Positions 19,701-27,468 of a DNA stretch of 32,000 bases are shown in pieces. The position numbers and the translations under genes are program-made. Position 1 is the stretch's first letter, and each line of letters begins with the position of its first letter. The notes beneath the pieces are model-generated. The model saw only the letters and a program-made list of their open reading frames with translations. It had not been told where the DNA came from and did not search any database. The DNA is from Desulfocapsa sulfexigens DSM 10523 (GTDB lineage: Bacteria; Desulfobacterota; Desulfobulbia; Desulfobulbales; Desulfocapsaceae), in assembly GCF_000341395.1 (NCBI RefSeq), contig NC_020304.1:3630001-3662000 (forward strand), read 5' to 3'.

Positions 19701-19958
19701 TTAGCGTTTTCGGCTACCACCACGCCTTTGTTTTGTACCGCTTCCATCTTCCATTGCATTGGCTGGCCGTCTACTATACTGCTGGCATTCTGCACGGAAA
19801 GCATTTCGCTCTTCCTCGCTTGCCTTTTGCATAGTACCTCGCGAGCTGTTTAGTTCTTCATTAGTTTTGCTTGAATAATCAGTAACTGCCCATACTGGTG
19901 CTGCTACCATGAGTACCATGGTCAATATCAGTGTTTTTTTAGGGATCTTGCGTGTCAT
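19701..19958 (-). CDS. Small secreted protein (85 aa), function unknown
   Basis: Start moved to the ATG at 19958 with a strong SD (GGAGGAAAAAT). Signal peptide MTRKIPKKTLILTMVLMVAAPVWA, then a helical charged segment NEELNSSRGTMQKASEEERNAFRAE and a basic tail. Confidence 0.55.
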   Translation of the reverse strand: MTRKIPKKTLILTMVLMVAAPVWAVTDYSSKTNEELNSSRGTMQKASEEERNAFRAECQQYSRRPANAMEDGSGTKQRRGGSRKR

Positions 19959-20024
19959 ATTTTTCCTCCATAATATTTGTGAATACAAGGCTCCAATCGG
20001 CCCTTATGGTGAGTTGAAAAATGA

Positions 20025-20162
20025 GTTGAACACAATCAGGTTCAGCCTTTAACTGATTCCCTTTCGGTAACCGGACTGGCTGCAGTGAAGATCAGTCACA
20101 GGAAGGATGAGATTGCATACTTAAACCGTTATTTTAACATGATGGCTGAGCAAACTCATTGA
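20025..20162 (+). pseudogene. Remnant of a HAMP-domain sensor gene (45 codons, no start, premature stop)
   Basis: The translation VEHNQVQPLTDSLSVTGLAAVKISHRKDEIAYLNRYFNMMAEQTH* has the P-L...DEI(G/A)xLxxxFNxM layout of a HAMP linker. It is bounded by TGA on both sides, and no TM or kinase/MCP domain follows in any frame. Confidence 0.45.
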
Positions 20163-20319
20163 TCCGCTCCTCACTCTGACCAAACTGAGGGCAATATGGG
20201 TGATACTCATAAAGATTCAGTAAAATCACACAAACTACTGAGCGAAAGTTTATGAATGCAGGGAAACTTATGAGCTTACTATCGCGGCCGAGATAGTCGA
20301 CGTACGGATCTCCAGTACT

Positions 20320-20856
20320 TTAGAACCAGAATTCCGGATATTGCCTGATTCTTGATATATTATTAACCAGCAGAGCGATGATAAGCATGACCACAGCTCC
20401 CGATGCCACAGGTACTAGGACATAAAAGTATCCTAAGGCATGGATGTTATCGCTTCCGATAACTGCAATCAGGGCGGTGGCACCTCCCGGCGGATGCAGA
20501 GTACAGGTTGCGTGCATAACAGCAATAGCTGTAGCCACAGCAAAGGCTGCAGCTAACCACATCTCACCATGGAATGTCTGGTAGCAAAAGACCCCTATTA
20601 TAGCCGACAAAATATGGCCACCCAAAAGATTACGAGGCTGGGCCAAAGGGCTTTTGATAGCCCCATAAATGAGCACCGCGGAAGCACCAAAGGAACCGAT
20701 TATCATTATGAAATCGCTTTCAGGGAAAAAATTATAATGGAGGAGGGCAACTGCTGCTATCCCCAGAAAGGCCCCGAACCATGACCAACATATTTCGGAT
20801 AGTCTCGGTCGGGGGGGGCTTTTGGTTATCCCCTTCATTTTTTGAAAGTAAGTCAT
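20320..20856 (-). CDS. HPP-family integral membrane protein
   Basis: Start moved to the ATG at 20856 (AGAGGAAAAAA upstream) because the longer track ORF overlaps the CBS gene. Has 4-5 TM helices and the diagnostic LHPPGGATALI motif. Confidence 0.85.
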   Translation of the reverse strand: MTYFQKMKGITKSPPRPRLSEICWSWFGAFLGIAAVALLHYNFFPESDFIMIIGSFGASAVLIYGAIKSPLAQPRNLLGGHILSAIIGVFCYQTFHGEMWLAAAFAVATAIAVMHATCTLHPPGGATALIAVIGSDNIHALGYFYVLVPVASGAVVMLIIALLVNNISRIRQYPEFWF

Positions 20857-20872
20857 TTTACGTTTTTTCCTC

Positions 20873-21484
20873 TTACAAAAGTTGAGCGCGGACAAGATCG
20901 TCCCTGGACACAATACCCACAACCACCTTTTCTTCTTGATCAAGCACAGGGAGCCGGTTTATCTTGTTTTTTGACATTATTTCGGTAATTTCAACCAACG
21001 GGGTGTTTTCTTTGATCGTAACAGGCGGTCGAGTCATAATATCCCCTGCCATCCCCATAGAAATAGAAAAATCAACACCTCCCAGTCCTTGAAGACATCT
21101 GGCGACAACAGCCATAAAAGATTTACAGCCATTGTTCAGTCCCTTGAGAAAGTCTTGTTCTGAGACAATACCTACCACTTTTTTATTATCATCCATTACT
21201 GGCACACCAGAGATAGAAGCATCTGCCATCCGGTTTGCTACTTCTAACAGTGGGGTAGTCTCAGTGACGCTCACCACATTTCGACTCATGATATCCCTGG
21301 CACATATGGAATGGCTCAGTCGTTCTATGGCATGATGGTATGAGTGTTGATAAAGCTCTTTGAAATCTCCTGTCGTGATATCAAGGTAGCCCGAAATTTC
21401 CTTCATCGCCTTATATATATCTTCATCGGAAATGGCCAATCTTTCAGGTAAAGAAGAGAGTGGGGAGTTTTTTGTTGTTCCCAT
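20873..21484 (-). CDS. CBS-pair domain protein (cytoplasmic)
   Basis: 203 aa with two CBS repeats (ARDIMSRNVVSVTETTPLLEVANRM...GVPVMDDNKKVVGIVSEQD and AGDIMTRPPVTIKENTPLVEITEIM...RLPVLDQEEKVVVGIVSRDD). SD AAGGA lies 6 nt upstream. The stop is 16 nt before the HPP start. Confidence 0.88.
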   Translation of the reverse strand: MGTTKNSPLSSLPERLAISDEDIYKAMKEISGYLDITTGDFKELYQHSYHHAIERLSHSICARDIMSRNVVSVTETTPLLEVANRMADASISGVPVMDDNKKVVGIVSEQDFLKGLNNGCKSFMAVVARCLQGLGGVDFSISMGMAGDIMTRPPVTIKENTPLVEITEIMSKNKINRLPVLDQEEKVVVGIVSRDDLVRAQLL

Positions 21485-21579
21485 AATCAGTCCTTTTTTT
21501 AGTTAGCTTACAAATGTTTTTTTTATATCTATTGCGTCAACCCGACAGGAATCAATGGCTTTTGCACAGTCACAGGTAG

Positions 21580-22845
21580 CTACTTCAATATTTTAGCTTT
21601 CGCTTCTTTGTATTTGAGAAGAACAGCAAGAGCAGGTTTTATGAGCATAGTCACCACCAAAGCACCTGTAGCCAAAACTCCCAGAGTAATAAGAATCTCA
21701 TTACTGGTCGGGGCGTAATCAACAACCTCACCCATTGGCGATGGCACAAAACCAGGGATAATAAGACCAAAACCTTTTTCAATCCAGATACCGGTGAACA
21801 GGCTTATCGCTGCTACCATGAGGTAACGGGGATTGCCTTTAGTCGGATCAAAGGCAAAAAGCAGTGTCCCTATAATGTTTAGACTAATAGCCGTCCATAT
21901 CCATGGCACAAGAGAATTGTGTCCTTCAAGCCCGAAGAAAAGGTATTGAGCCGAAAGGCTGTGATGGGTAAATGTATAGAATTCCTTAAATACTTCAGAA
22001 AAAAGCATCAGCAGATTAATGACTGCCGAAACAACGATGATTCTTTTTAATTTTAAGAAAATCTGTTCGTCAACCGAATATTTCGTGTTCTGTTTTATGG
22101 CAATGAGCACCACCATAATTACCGCAGGGCCTGCAGCAAATGCCGAAGCCAGAAAGCGCGGACCGAGCAATGGGTTGTTCCAGAAAGGGCGAGCCGGCAA
22201 TCCCTGGTAGAGAAAAGCTGTGGTCATGTGGATGGAAACAGCCCAGAAGATGGACAGGAAAACAAAGGGTTTATACTTCCAGCCGACAGGTTCTCTGTTA
22301 TGATAGTTGCAATAAAGAATGTAGAGAGGTACCAGGCTGTTTAAAGCTAAATAACCATTCAAAACAAGCATATCCCAGGTAAGAATAGATGAAGGCCAGT
22401 TAAACAGGCCTATTCCAGGAATCATGTGCCACACCTTCAACGGCCCGCCCATATCCACAGTGATAAACATCAGGCACATGACCAGAGCACCGACAGCGAC
22501 ACATTCACCTATAATAACGACTTCATGCAGATCTTTATCTTTCAGCATATAAGCTGGCAGGATCAGCATGACTGCAGCCGCCGCAACACCAACAAAAAAA
22601 GTAAAGTTGGAGATATAAAGGCCCCAACTGACAATATCCGACATACCGGTGATAATGAGGCCTTCCTGAAACTGCCTGGTATAGGAAAATGCACCCACGG
22701 CCATAACTGCAAGTAGAGCAATAATGTAAATTTTGAAACCTATCCCCCCGGACAGCGACCATCGCATACAGTCCGAGATAAATGAACGTCCTTGATTGGG
22801 GTTCGTAGTCATCGTTTTTTCCTTAGCGTCTCTTCGTACAGACAT
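21580..22845 (-). CDS. NrfD/PsrC-family polytopic membrane subunit (putative quinol-interacting anchor)
   Basis: 421 aa with about 10 TM helices, no Cys motifs and no haem motifs. Sits directly downstream of a Tat-exported 4-cluster Fe-S subunit, as in the Nrf/Psr/Ttr/Qrc/ACIII families. An alternative start is the ATG at 22812, which has a better SD (AAGGAAAAAACG). Confidence 0.8.
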   Translation of the reverse strand: MSVRRDAKEKTMTTNPNQGRSFISDCMRWSLSGGIGFKIYIIALLAVMAVGAFSYTRQFQEGLIITGMSDIVSWGLYISNFTFFVGVAAAAVMLILPAYMLKDKDLHEVVIIGECVAVGALVMCLMFITVDMGGPLKVWHMIPGIGLFNWPSSILTWDMLVLNGYLALNSLVPLYILYCNYHNREPVGWKYKPFVFLSIFWAVSIHMTTAFLYQGLPARPFWNNPLLGPRFLASAFAAGPAVIMVVLIAIKQNTKYSVDEQIFLKLKRIIVVSAVINLLMLFSEVFKEFYTFTHHSLSAQYLFFGLEGHNSLVPWIWTAISLNIIGTLLFAFDPTKGNPRYLMVAAISLFTGIWIEKGFGLIIPGFVPSPMGEVVDYAPTSNEILITLGVLATGALVVTMLIKPALAVLLKYKEAKAKILK

Positions 22846-22871
22846 TTTTTGTCTCTTTTAACCCGTTGTTG

Positions 22872-23831
22872 TCAATCCATGAAATACCAGAATTTTGGAT
22901 CAGTCCCCAATTCTTCCTTAAAGCGGAAAACCTTCTTGTTTTTCAGGACAAAACGGATTTCGCTGTCTGGATCAAGAAGATTGCCAAAAACCCTGGAACC
23001 TGTTGGACAGGCCTCGGCACAGGCCGGCAGCTTGCCCTGACGGGTTCTCTGCACGCAAAAAGTGCATTTTTCCATGACGCCTTTCATCCGCATGCGATTA
23101 CCGAGATAATGCTGTTTTCTATTTATCTCCTCTTCCGGCACTTCAGGCGTACCCCAGTTAAAACGGCGCCCCCAATATGGACAAGCTGCCAGGCAATAGC
23201 GGCAACCGATACACCAGTCGTAATCCACAACAACGATGCCATCCGGTTCTCGCCAGGTAGCTTTGGTCGGGCAGGCTTTAATACACGGGGCATTTTCACA
23301 ATGGTAGCATTGGACTCCCATGTAAAACTTATCAGCAACCGGCACTTCATGATGATATTTCCCATCTCCTGAAGTTGGATCAAGTTGACCGGAATCCATT
23401 TCAAAAAGACGGATATATTGGGTCTTTGATTTACGGTCAAGATTGTTTTCTTGAACACATGCCTCAACGCAATCCATATAGCCCTTGCAACGGGAGATAT
23501 TAAAGGCATAGCCGTAAAGGACATTTTCACGTGGCTCTGCGTTTGACATTTGAATGTCTCTGTCGTCCTTCATTTTGGCAAGTCTTACAAGGCGGGCAAC
23601 GGTTTCATCTTTTTCTTTCTGACTCATCAGCCTGTAATTCTTTTTAAAATACTCTTCCCACTTGAGTCCCATTTCTTCGGTATTTCCAAGCGATCCGCAA
23701 CCTCCGGTCACAAGTCCTGCCGAACCAGCTGCAGCGGCAATGGACAGACCCTTTATGAAAGATCTACGGCTGATTTTCTTTTCACCGTTTTCTGGTTTCA
23801 TCATCCCTTCTTTTTTTTTGCTGGAATTCAT
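22872..23831 (-). CDS. Tat-exported ferredoxin-type Fe-S subunit (NrfC/PsrB/QrcC-like)
   Basis: Twin-arginine signal SRRSFIKGLSIAAAAGSAG. Cys motifs are CKGYMDCVEAC (second Cys replaced by Tyr), CYHCENAPCIKACP, CIGCRYCLAACP and CTFC...CAEACP. A G8 run serves as the SD region 1 nt upstream of the ATG. Confidence 0.88.
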   Translation of the reverse strand: MNSSKKKEGMMKPENGEKKISRRSFIKGLSIAAAAGSAGLVTGGCGSLGNTEEMGLKWEEYFKKNYRLMSQKEKDETVARLVRLAKMKDDRDIQMSNAEPRENVLYGYAFNISRCKGYMDCVEACVQENNLDRKSKTQYIRLFEMDSGQLDPTSGDGKYHHEVPVADKFYMGVQCYHCENAPCIKACPTKATWREPDGIVVVDYDWCIGCRYCLAACPYWGRRFNWGTPEVPEEEINRKQHYLGNRMRMKGVMEKCTFCVQRTRQGKLPACAEACPTGSRVFGNLLDPDSEIRFVLKNKKVFRFKEELGTDPKFWYFMD

Positions 23832-23839
23832 ACCCCCCC

Positions 23840-24457
23840 CTACTTGTCTAATGGCAGCGAGTATGTCACCGGCATTTTTTTTTCAAAGGCAGGGGAATGT
23901 GGACTATGACAACTTGTACAATTGCGCACCACCCTTTCACCAGCCCAGTATGCCTCACGTTTACCATGAGCGCCGCCTAACCAGTCACGCTTCTGGCGAA
24001 AATGACACTGACCACAGAGTTGATAACTGTGATCAAAATCTATCTTCTTGCCCTCGGCATCAGAAAGAGAATCTCGGTCGTTTTCATCGTGACATTCTAT
24101 ACAAGACAGCTTGTCGCCTCCCCTTCCGTGGTTGATTTCGATATCACTATGGGTAAAAAGAGCACCGTCTCTTATCAGCACATTCTTCTCAGTATGGCAG
24201 ACGCTGCATCGAAACTTTGTTATGGAATCCTTGCGGGCAAGTACTCTAAAAGTACCTCCCTGGTAGGATTCTTTTGCACGAACCGTCTTAACCGGCAGTT
24301 CATAGGCTGTTTCAATTTTCATGTTATTAAATGGCTCTTCTGCGGCATTAATGCGGTCCATCACAGAATTTTCAGAAGCCATAACAAACGGACATGAAAG
24401 AAGGAACGTTCCCAGCAAAAGAAAAAACAGGCTAGAACGCAAAAATATTTTTTTCAT
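23840..24457 (-). CDS. Periplasmic tetrahaem cytochrome c (paired-CXXCH type)
   Basis: Start set at the ATG at 24457 (MKKIFLRSSLFFLLLGTFLLSCPFVMA signal peptide); the track start at 24541 overlaps the upstream gene. Has four CXXCH motifs: CSVCH, CIECH, CGQCH, CTSCH. The last pair sits in the CGQCH...W.GGAHG...CTSCHSPH doubled-CXXCH arrangement. Confidence 0.85.
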   Translation of the reverse strand: MKKIFLRSSLFFLLLGTFLLSCPFVMASENSVMDRINAAEEPFNNMKIETAYELPVKTVRAKESYQGGTFRVLARKDSITKFRCSVCHTEKNVLIRDGALFTHSDIEINHGRGGDKLSCIECHDENDRDSLSDAEGKKIDFDHSYQLCGQCHFRQKRDWLGGAHGKREAYWAGERVVRNCTSCHSPHSPAFEKKMPVTYSLPLDK

Positions 24458-24474
24458 AACTGTTCTCGTTCTGA

Positions 24475-25128
24475 TTAGTTGTTTCTGATAAATTCTTCTC
24501 TGGGTTCGGTAGCTATCATGGGCACATGACATTGTCGGCAATTGCCGCGGGAGGCGTGCTCAACCCGAATCTCTGCCACTGCGGCATTGCCTGTATGACA
24601 GGCAATACAGTCTTCCCTGAGCTGCAGACTGTGGATAATCGGTGGTGGTGATCCACCCATCTCAGACCTTCCCAGCGGAGGAGGATTTATTGACTGCCAG
24701 TCGGTTTCCACAAAAAGCTCCTCAGTCAACCGTGGAACATGGCATTGAAAACAATTCTCATATTCAGGATGAGGCGTAACGGGAGCATAGGCTTCCTGAG
24801 TGATGTCGTATCCTCCTTTGCCGTGGCAGGAGAGGCATTTCAGGGTGTCCCCGGAAAAAGAGGTCGGGACATCATGGGGAACCCGCGGCGGTGAACCGGG
24901 ATACTGACGGAGTTGGTAATACGTATTTAAGGTTCGCTTGCCGTCTGTCCCGGTCATGGCAGGCAGTGGAGTTTCGTTAAACCTGTTGAAGATTTTTTCG
25001 CCGTCTGAATCAAAGCCCTGGGCAATACCAGGCGCTGCATTTGCATACAGCACCAGAGAGGCTCCGGTTAAGCAGATAGCGGCAAAACCTGTAACAACTC
25101 TGCCGAGTACTGTATCTGCTTTTTTCAT
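24475..25128 (-). CDS. napB: NapB-like cytochrome c, tandem duplicated (tetrahaem)
   Basis: The start ATG at 25128 overlaps the napA stop (TAATG), and GGAGAAAG lies upstream. Sec signal MKKADTVLGRVVTGFAAICLTGASLVLYANA. Contains two successive NapB-type units: SPPRVPH...CLSCH...HPEYENCFQCHVP and SPPPIIH...CIACH...HASRGNCRQCHVP. Confidence 0.8.
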   Translation of the reverse strand: MKKADTVLGRVVTGFAAICLTGASLVLYANAAPGIAQGFDSDGEKIFNRFNETPLPAMTGTDGKRTLNTYYQLRQYPGSPPRVPHDVPTSFSGDTLKCLSCHGKGGYDITQEAYAPVTPHPEYENCFQCHVPRLTEELFVETDWQSINPPPLGRSEMGGSPPPIIHSLQLREDCIACHTGNAAVAEIRVEHASRGNCRQCHVPMIATEPREEFIRNN

Positions 25129-27446
25129 TATGCTTTCTCCAGACGGACTGCACATTTTTTATAATCAGGCTGCTTTGATATCGGGCAAAAAGCATCCAGG
25201 GTCAATTCGTTAATCTTGTAGGATTCATCAAAAAACGGCACAAAGACCGTACCCCGGGGAGGCACACCGCGCCCGTTTATGGAAGCTTTCATGGTCACCG
25301 AGCCTCGCCGTGAAATAATTTTCACCTTTTCGCCGTTCACCACACCTATATCAGCTGCATCCTCGGGGTTCATTTCCACATAGGATTCAGGCATGGCATT
25401 ATGGAGAACAGGAATCCGCCGGGTCATGGACCCGGTATGCCAGTGCTCGATGACCCGGCCGGTATTGAGCCAGAAATTGTATTCATTGTCCGGTGATTCA
25501 GCGGCAGGCTCATAGGGTCGGGCCCATATCCATGCTTTTCCGTCTTTTCTGCCGTAGAAATCAAATTCTGTTCCCGGCTTGCAGGCGGGATCATGCTGGG
25601 TGTTAAAGCGCCAGCGAGTCTCCTTGCCGTTGACAAAAGGCCATTGTACTCCGGGGCGTTCTCTCAGCACCTTATAGGGGGCCATGTTGTGTTTCGGGCC
25701 ATCATGGAAGAGCCTGTACTCCTCCCATATTTTACCGATATACTCATCTTCACTCCAGGGGAACTGCTTCTGGAAACCAAGTCTCCTGGCAACCTCGATA
25801 AGCTGCCAGGTATCGGACATGGTGTCGCCAGGGCCCGGAACAATCCGGTCAAAATGAGCAGTACGACGTTCAGCGTTACCAAACATACCCTCCTGCTCAA
25901 TCCACATGGTTGCCGGCAGAATGACATCGGCGACATCAGTGGTCGGAGTGGGATAGACTTCTGAAACAACGATAAAGCGTTCATCTTTCAAAACGCCATT
26001 ACGATACCGATTCAGATTTGGCATGGTAATCATAGGGTTGGTCACCTGTATCCACATAAACTTGATGTCGCCACGATCCAGGGCGCGGAACATCTCCACC
26101 GTATGATAGGTGGGCTTGGGATCGATATTTGTTACCGGCACATCCCAGATCCTGGCAGCCATTTCCCTGTCGTGCTCATTCGTAACGACCCCATGAGGTA
26201 AGGCGTGGGTCAGAGTTCCTACTTCGCGGACAGTGCCACAGGCACTGGGTTGGCCAGTGAGAGAGAAGGGACTGTTGCCGGGGGTAGATATCTTGCCGGT
26301 GAGCAGATGGATATTGTAAACGAGGTTCTGGATCCAGGTTCCCCGCACATGCTGGTTCATTCCCATACACCAAAAAGAGGTGACTTTCTTGGTAGGGTCA
26401 CCGTACAGGGATGCTAGGTATTTTATATCTTTGGCAGATACCCCGGAGATTTTTTCCGCCTTTTCAGGTGTATAGTCCTGCAAGAACGTCTTGTACTCTT
26501 CAAAAGTGATATTTTCAGGTGCATCCGTGAAACTGAAATGATCTTCAGTGCCATAGCCGATATTGGTTTTGCCTTTATGAAAGGTGGTATGCTTGTTGAC
26601 GAAATCCCAGTTTACCCAGTTGTTACGGATGATTTCGTAACAGATGGCATTGGCAACAGCAAGATCTGTGCTGGGTTTGAAGAGAATCGATTTGTCGGCC
26701 GCCTGGCTGGTTCTGGTGGTACGGGTGGCAAAGTCGATAATAGTGACATTGTTTTTGCGCTTACGGCTGGCCAGCATCCTGGAAAAAAGAACAGGATGCA
26801 TTTCCGCCATATTATTACCCCAGGTAACAAAAACATCAGCGTGCTCAATGTCTTCATAACAGCCCATAGGTTCATCAATACCAAAGGAAGTCATAAAACC
26901 GGTTACAGCGCTCGACATACAAAGCCTGGCATTAGCTTCAACATTGTTGGTGCCGAGGCAGCCCTTGAAGAGCTTGGAGGCCACATAGCCATCCGGAATG
27001 GTCCATTGGCCTGAACCATACATGGCAACTGAATCTTTACCGTGCTTTGCAATGGTTTCCTTGACCTTGTCGGCAATGACATCCAGTGCTTCAGAAATGG
27101 GAACTTCAACCATTTTCCCATTCTTGCGAATCTGGGCTTTTTTAATGCGGTCTTTGCCATACAGAGCCTGAACGGAATGAAATCCTTTCACGCAACATAA
27201 CCCTTTATTTACACTGCAATTTGGATCACCTTTAACTGCAACGGCACGGTCTCCGGACACACCGACCAATACACCGCACCCTGTGCCGCAAAAACGGCAG
27301 GGAGCTTTTTGCCAGGTTATTTTACCCGATGCATCTTCCTGTTTCTGCCAACCAGCAAAACTAATACCAGGGAAAATTGATCCGGCAGCTGCAATGGCAC
27401 TGCTGGCTGCGGCTGACTTAATGAATGATCGTCTGTTTAGCTTCAT
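25128..27446 (-). CDS. napA: Periplasmic nitrate reductase catalytic subunit NapA (Mo-bisPGD, 4Fe-4S)
   Basis: Tat signal MKLNRRSFIKSAAASSAIAAAGS. WQKAPCRFCGTGCGVLVGV...GDPNCSVNKGLCCVKG is the N-terminal 4Fe-4S motif. GSGQWTIPDGYVASKLFKG...NARLCMSSAVTGFMTSFGIDEPMGCYEDIE aligns closely with my memory of E. coli NapA, including the Mo-ligand Cys. 772 aa, i.e. the short 'monomeric-type' length. Confidence 0.93.
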   Translation of the reverse strand: MKLNRRSFIKSAAASSAIAAAGSIFPGISFAGWQKQEDASGKITWQKAPCRFCGTGCGVLVGVSGDRAVAVKGDPNCSVNKGLCCVKGFHSVQALYGKDRIKKAQIRKNGKMVEVPISEALDVIADKVKETIAKHGKDSVAMYGSGQWTIPDGYVASKLFKGCLGTNNVEANARLCMSSAVTGFMTSFGIDEPMGCYEDIEHADVFVTWGNNMAEMHPVLFSRMLASRKRKNNVTIIDFATRTTRTSQAADKSILFKPSTDLAVANAICYEIIRNNWVNWDFVNKHTTFHKGKTNIGYGTEDHFSFTDAPENITFEEYKTFLQDYTPEKAEKISGVSAKDIKYLASLYGDPTKKVTSFWCMGMNQHVRGTWIQNLVYNIHLLTGKISTPGNSPFSLTGQPSACGTVREVGTLTHALPHGVVTNEHDREMAARIWDVPVTNIDPKPTYHTVEMFRALDRGDIKFMWIQVTNPMITMPNLNRYRNGVLKDERFIVVSEVYPTPTTDVADVILPATMWIEQEGMFGNAERRTAHFDRIVPGPGDTMSDTWQLIEVARRLGFQKQFPWSEDEYIGKIWEEYRLFHDGPKHNMAPYKVLRERPGVQWPFVNGKETRWRFNTQHDPACKPGTEFDFYGRKDGKAWIWARPYEPAAESPDNEYNFWLNTGRVIEHWHTGSMTRRIPVLHNAMPESYVEMNPEDAADIGVVNGEKVKIISRRGSVTMKASINGRGVPPRGTVFVPFFDESYKINELTLDAFCPISKQPDYKKCAVRLEKA

Positions 27447-27468
27447 CTTCTTCTTTTCCTCTCTCTAT

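Noticed and set aside
20279-20296. An 18-bp near-palindrome CTATCGCGGCCGAGATAG, 24 nt downstream of the HPP stop. It could be the operon terminator.
   Set aside because: There is no U-tract on the minus strand, and the central CGGCCG leaves almost no loop. It might be a protein-binding site or a coincidence, and a terminator call is not supportable.
20811-20818. A homopolymeric C8 (coding-strand) run in codons 13-16 of the HPP gene, and a G8 run at 23833-23840 forming the SD region of the Fe-S subunit gene. Both are possible slipped-strand phase-variation switches.
   Set aside because: Roughly 0.4 such 8-mers are expected by chance in 32 kb at this composition, so two is not compelling. Contingency loci of this kind are not known to me in this group of bacteria. 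Both tracts are currently 'in phase'. They are worth a glance only if population sequencing shows length variation.
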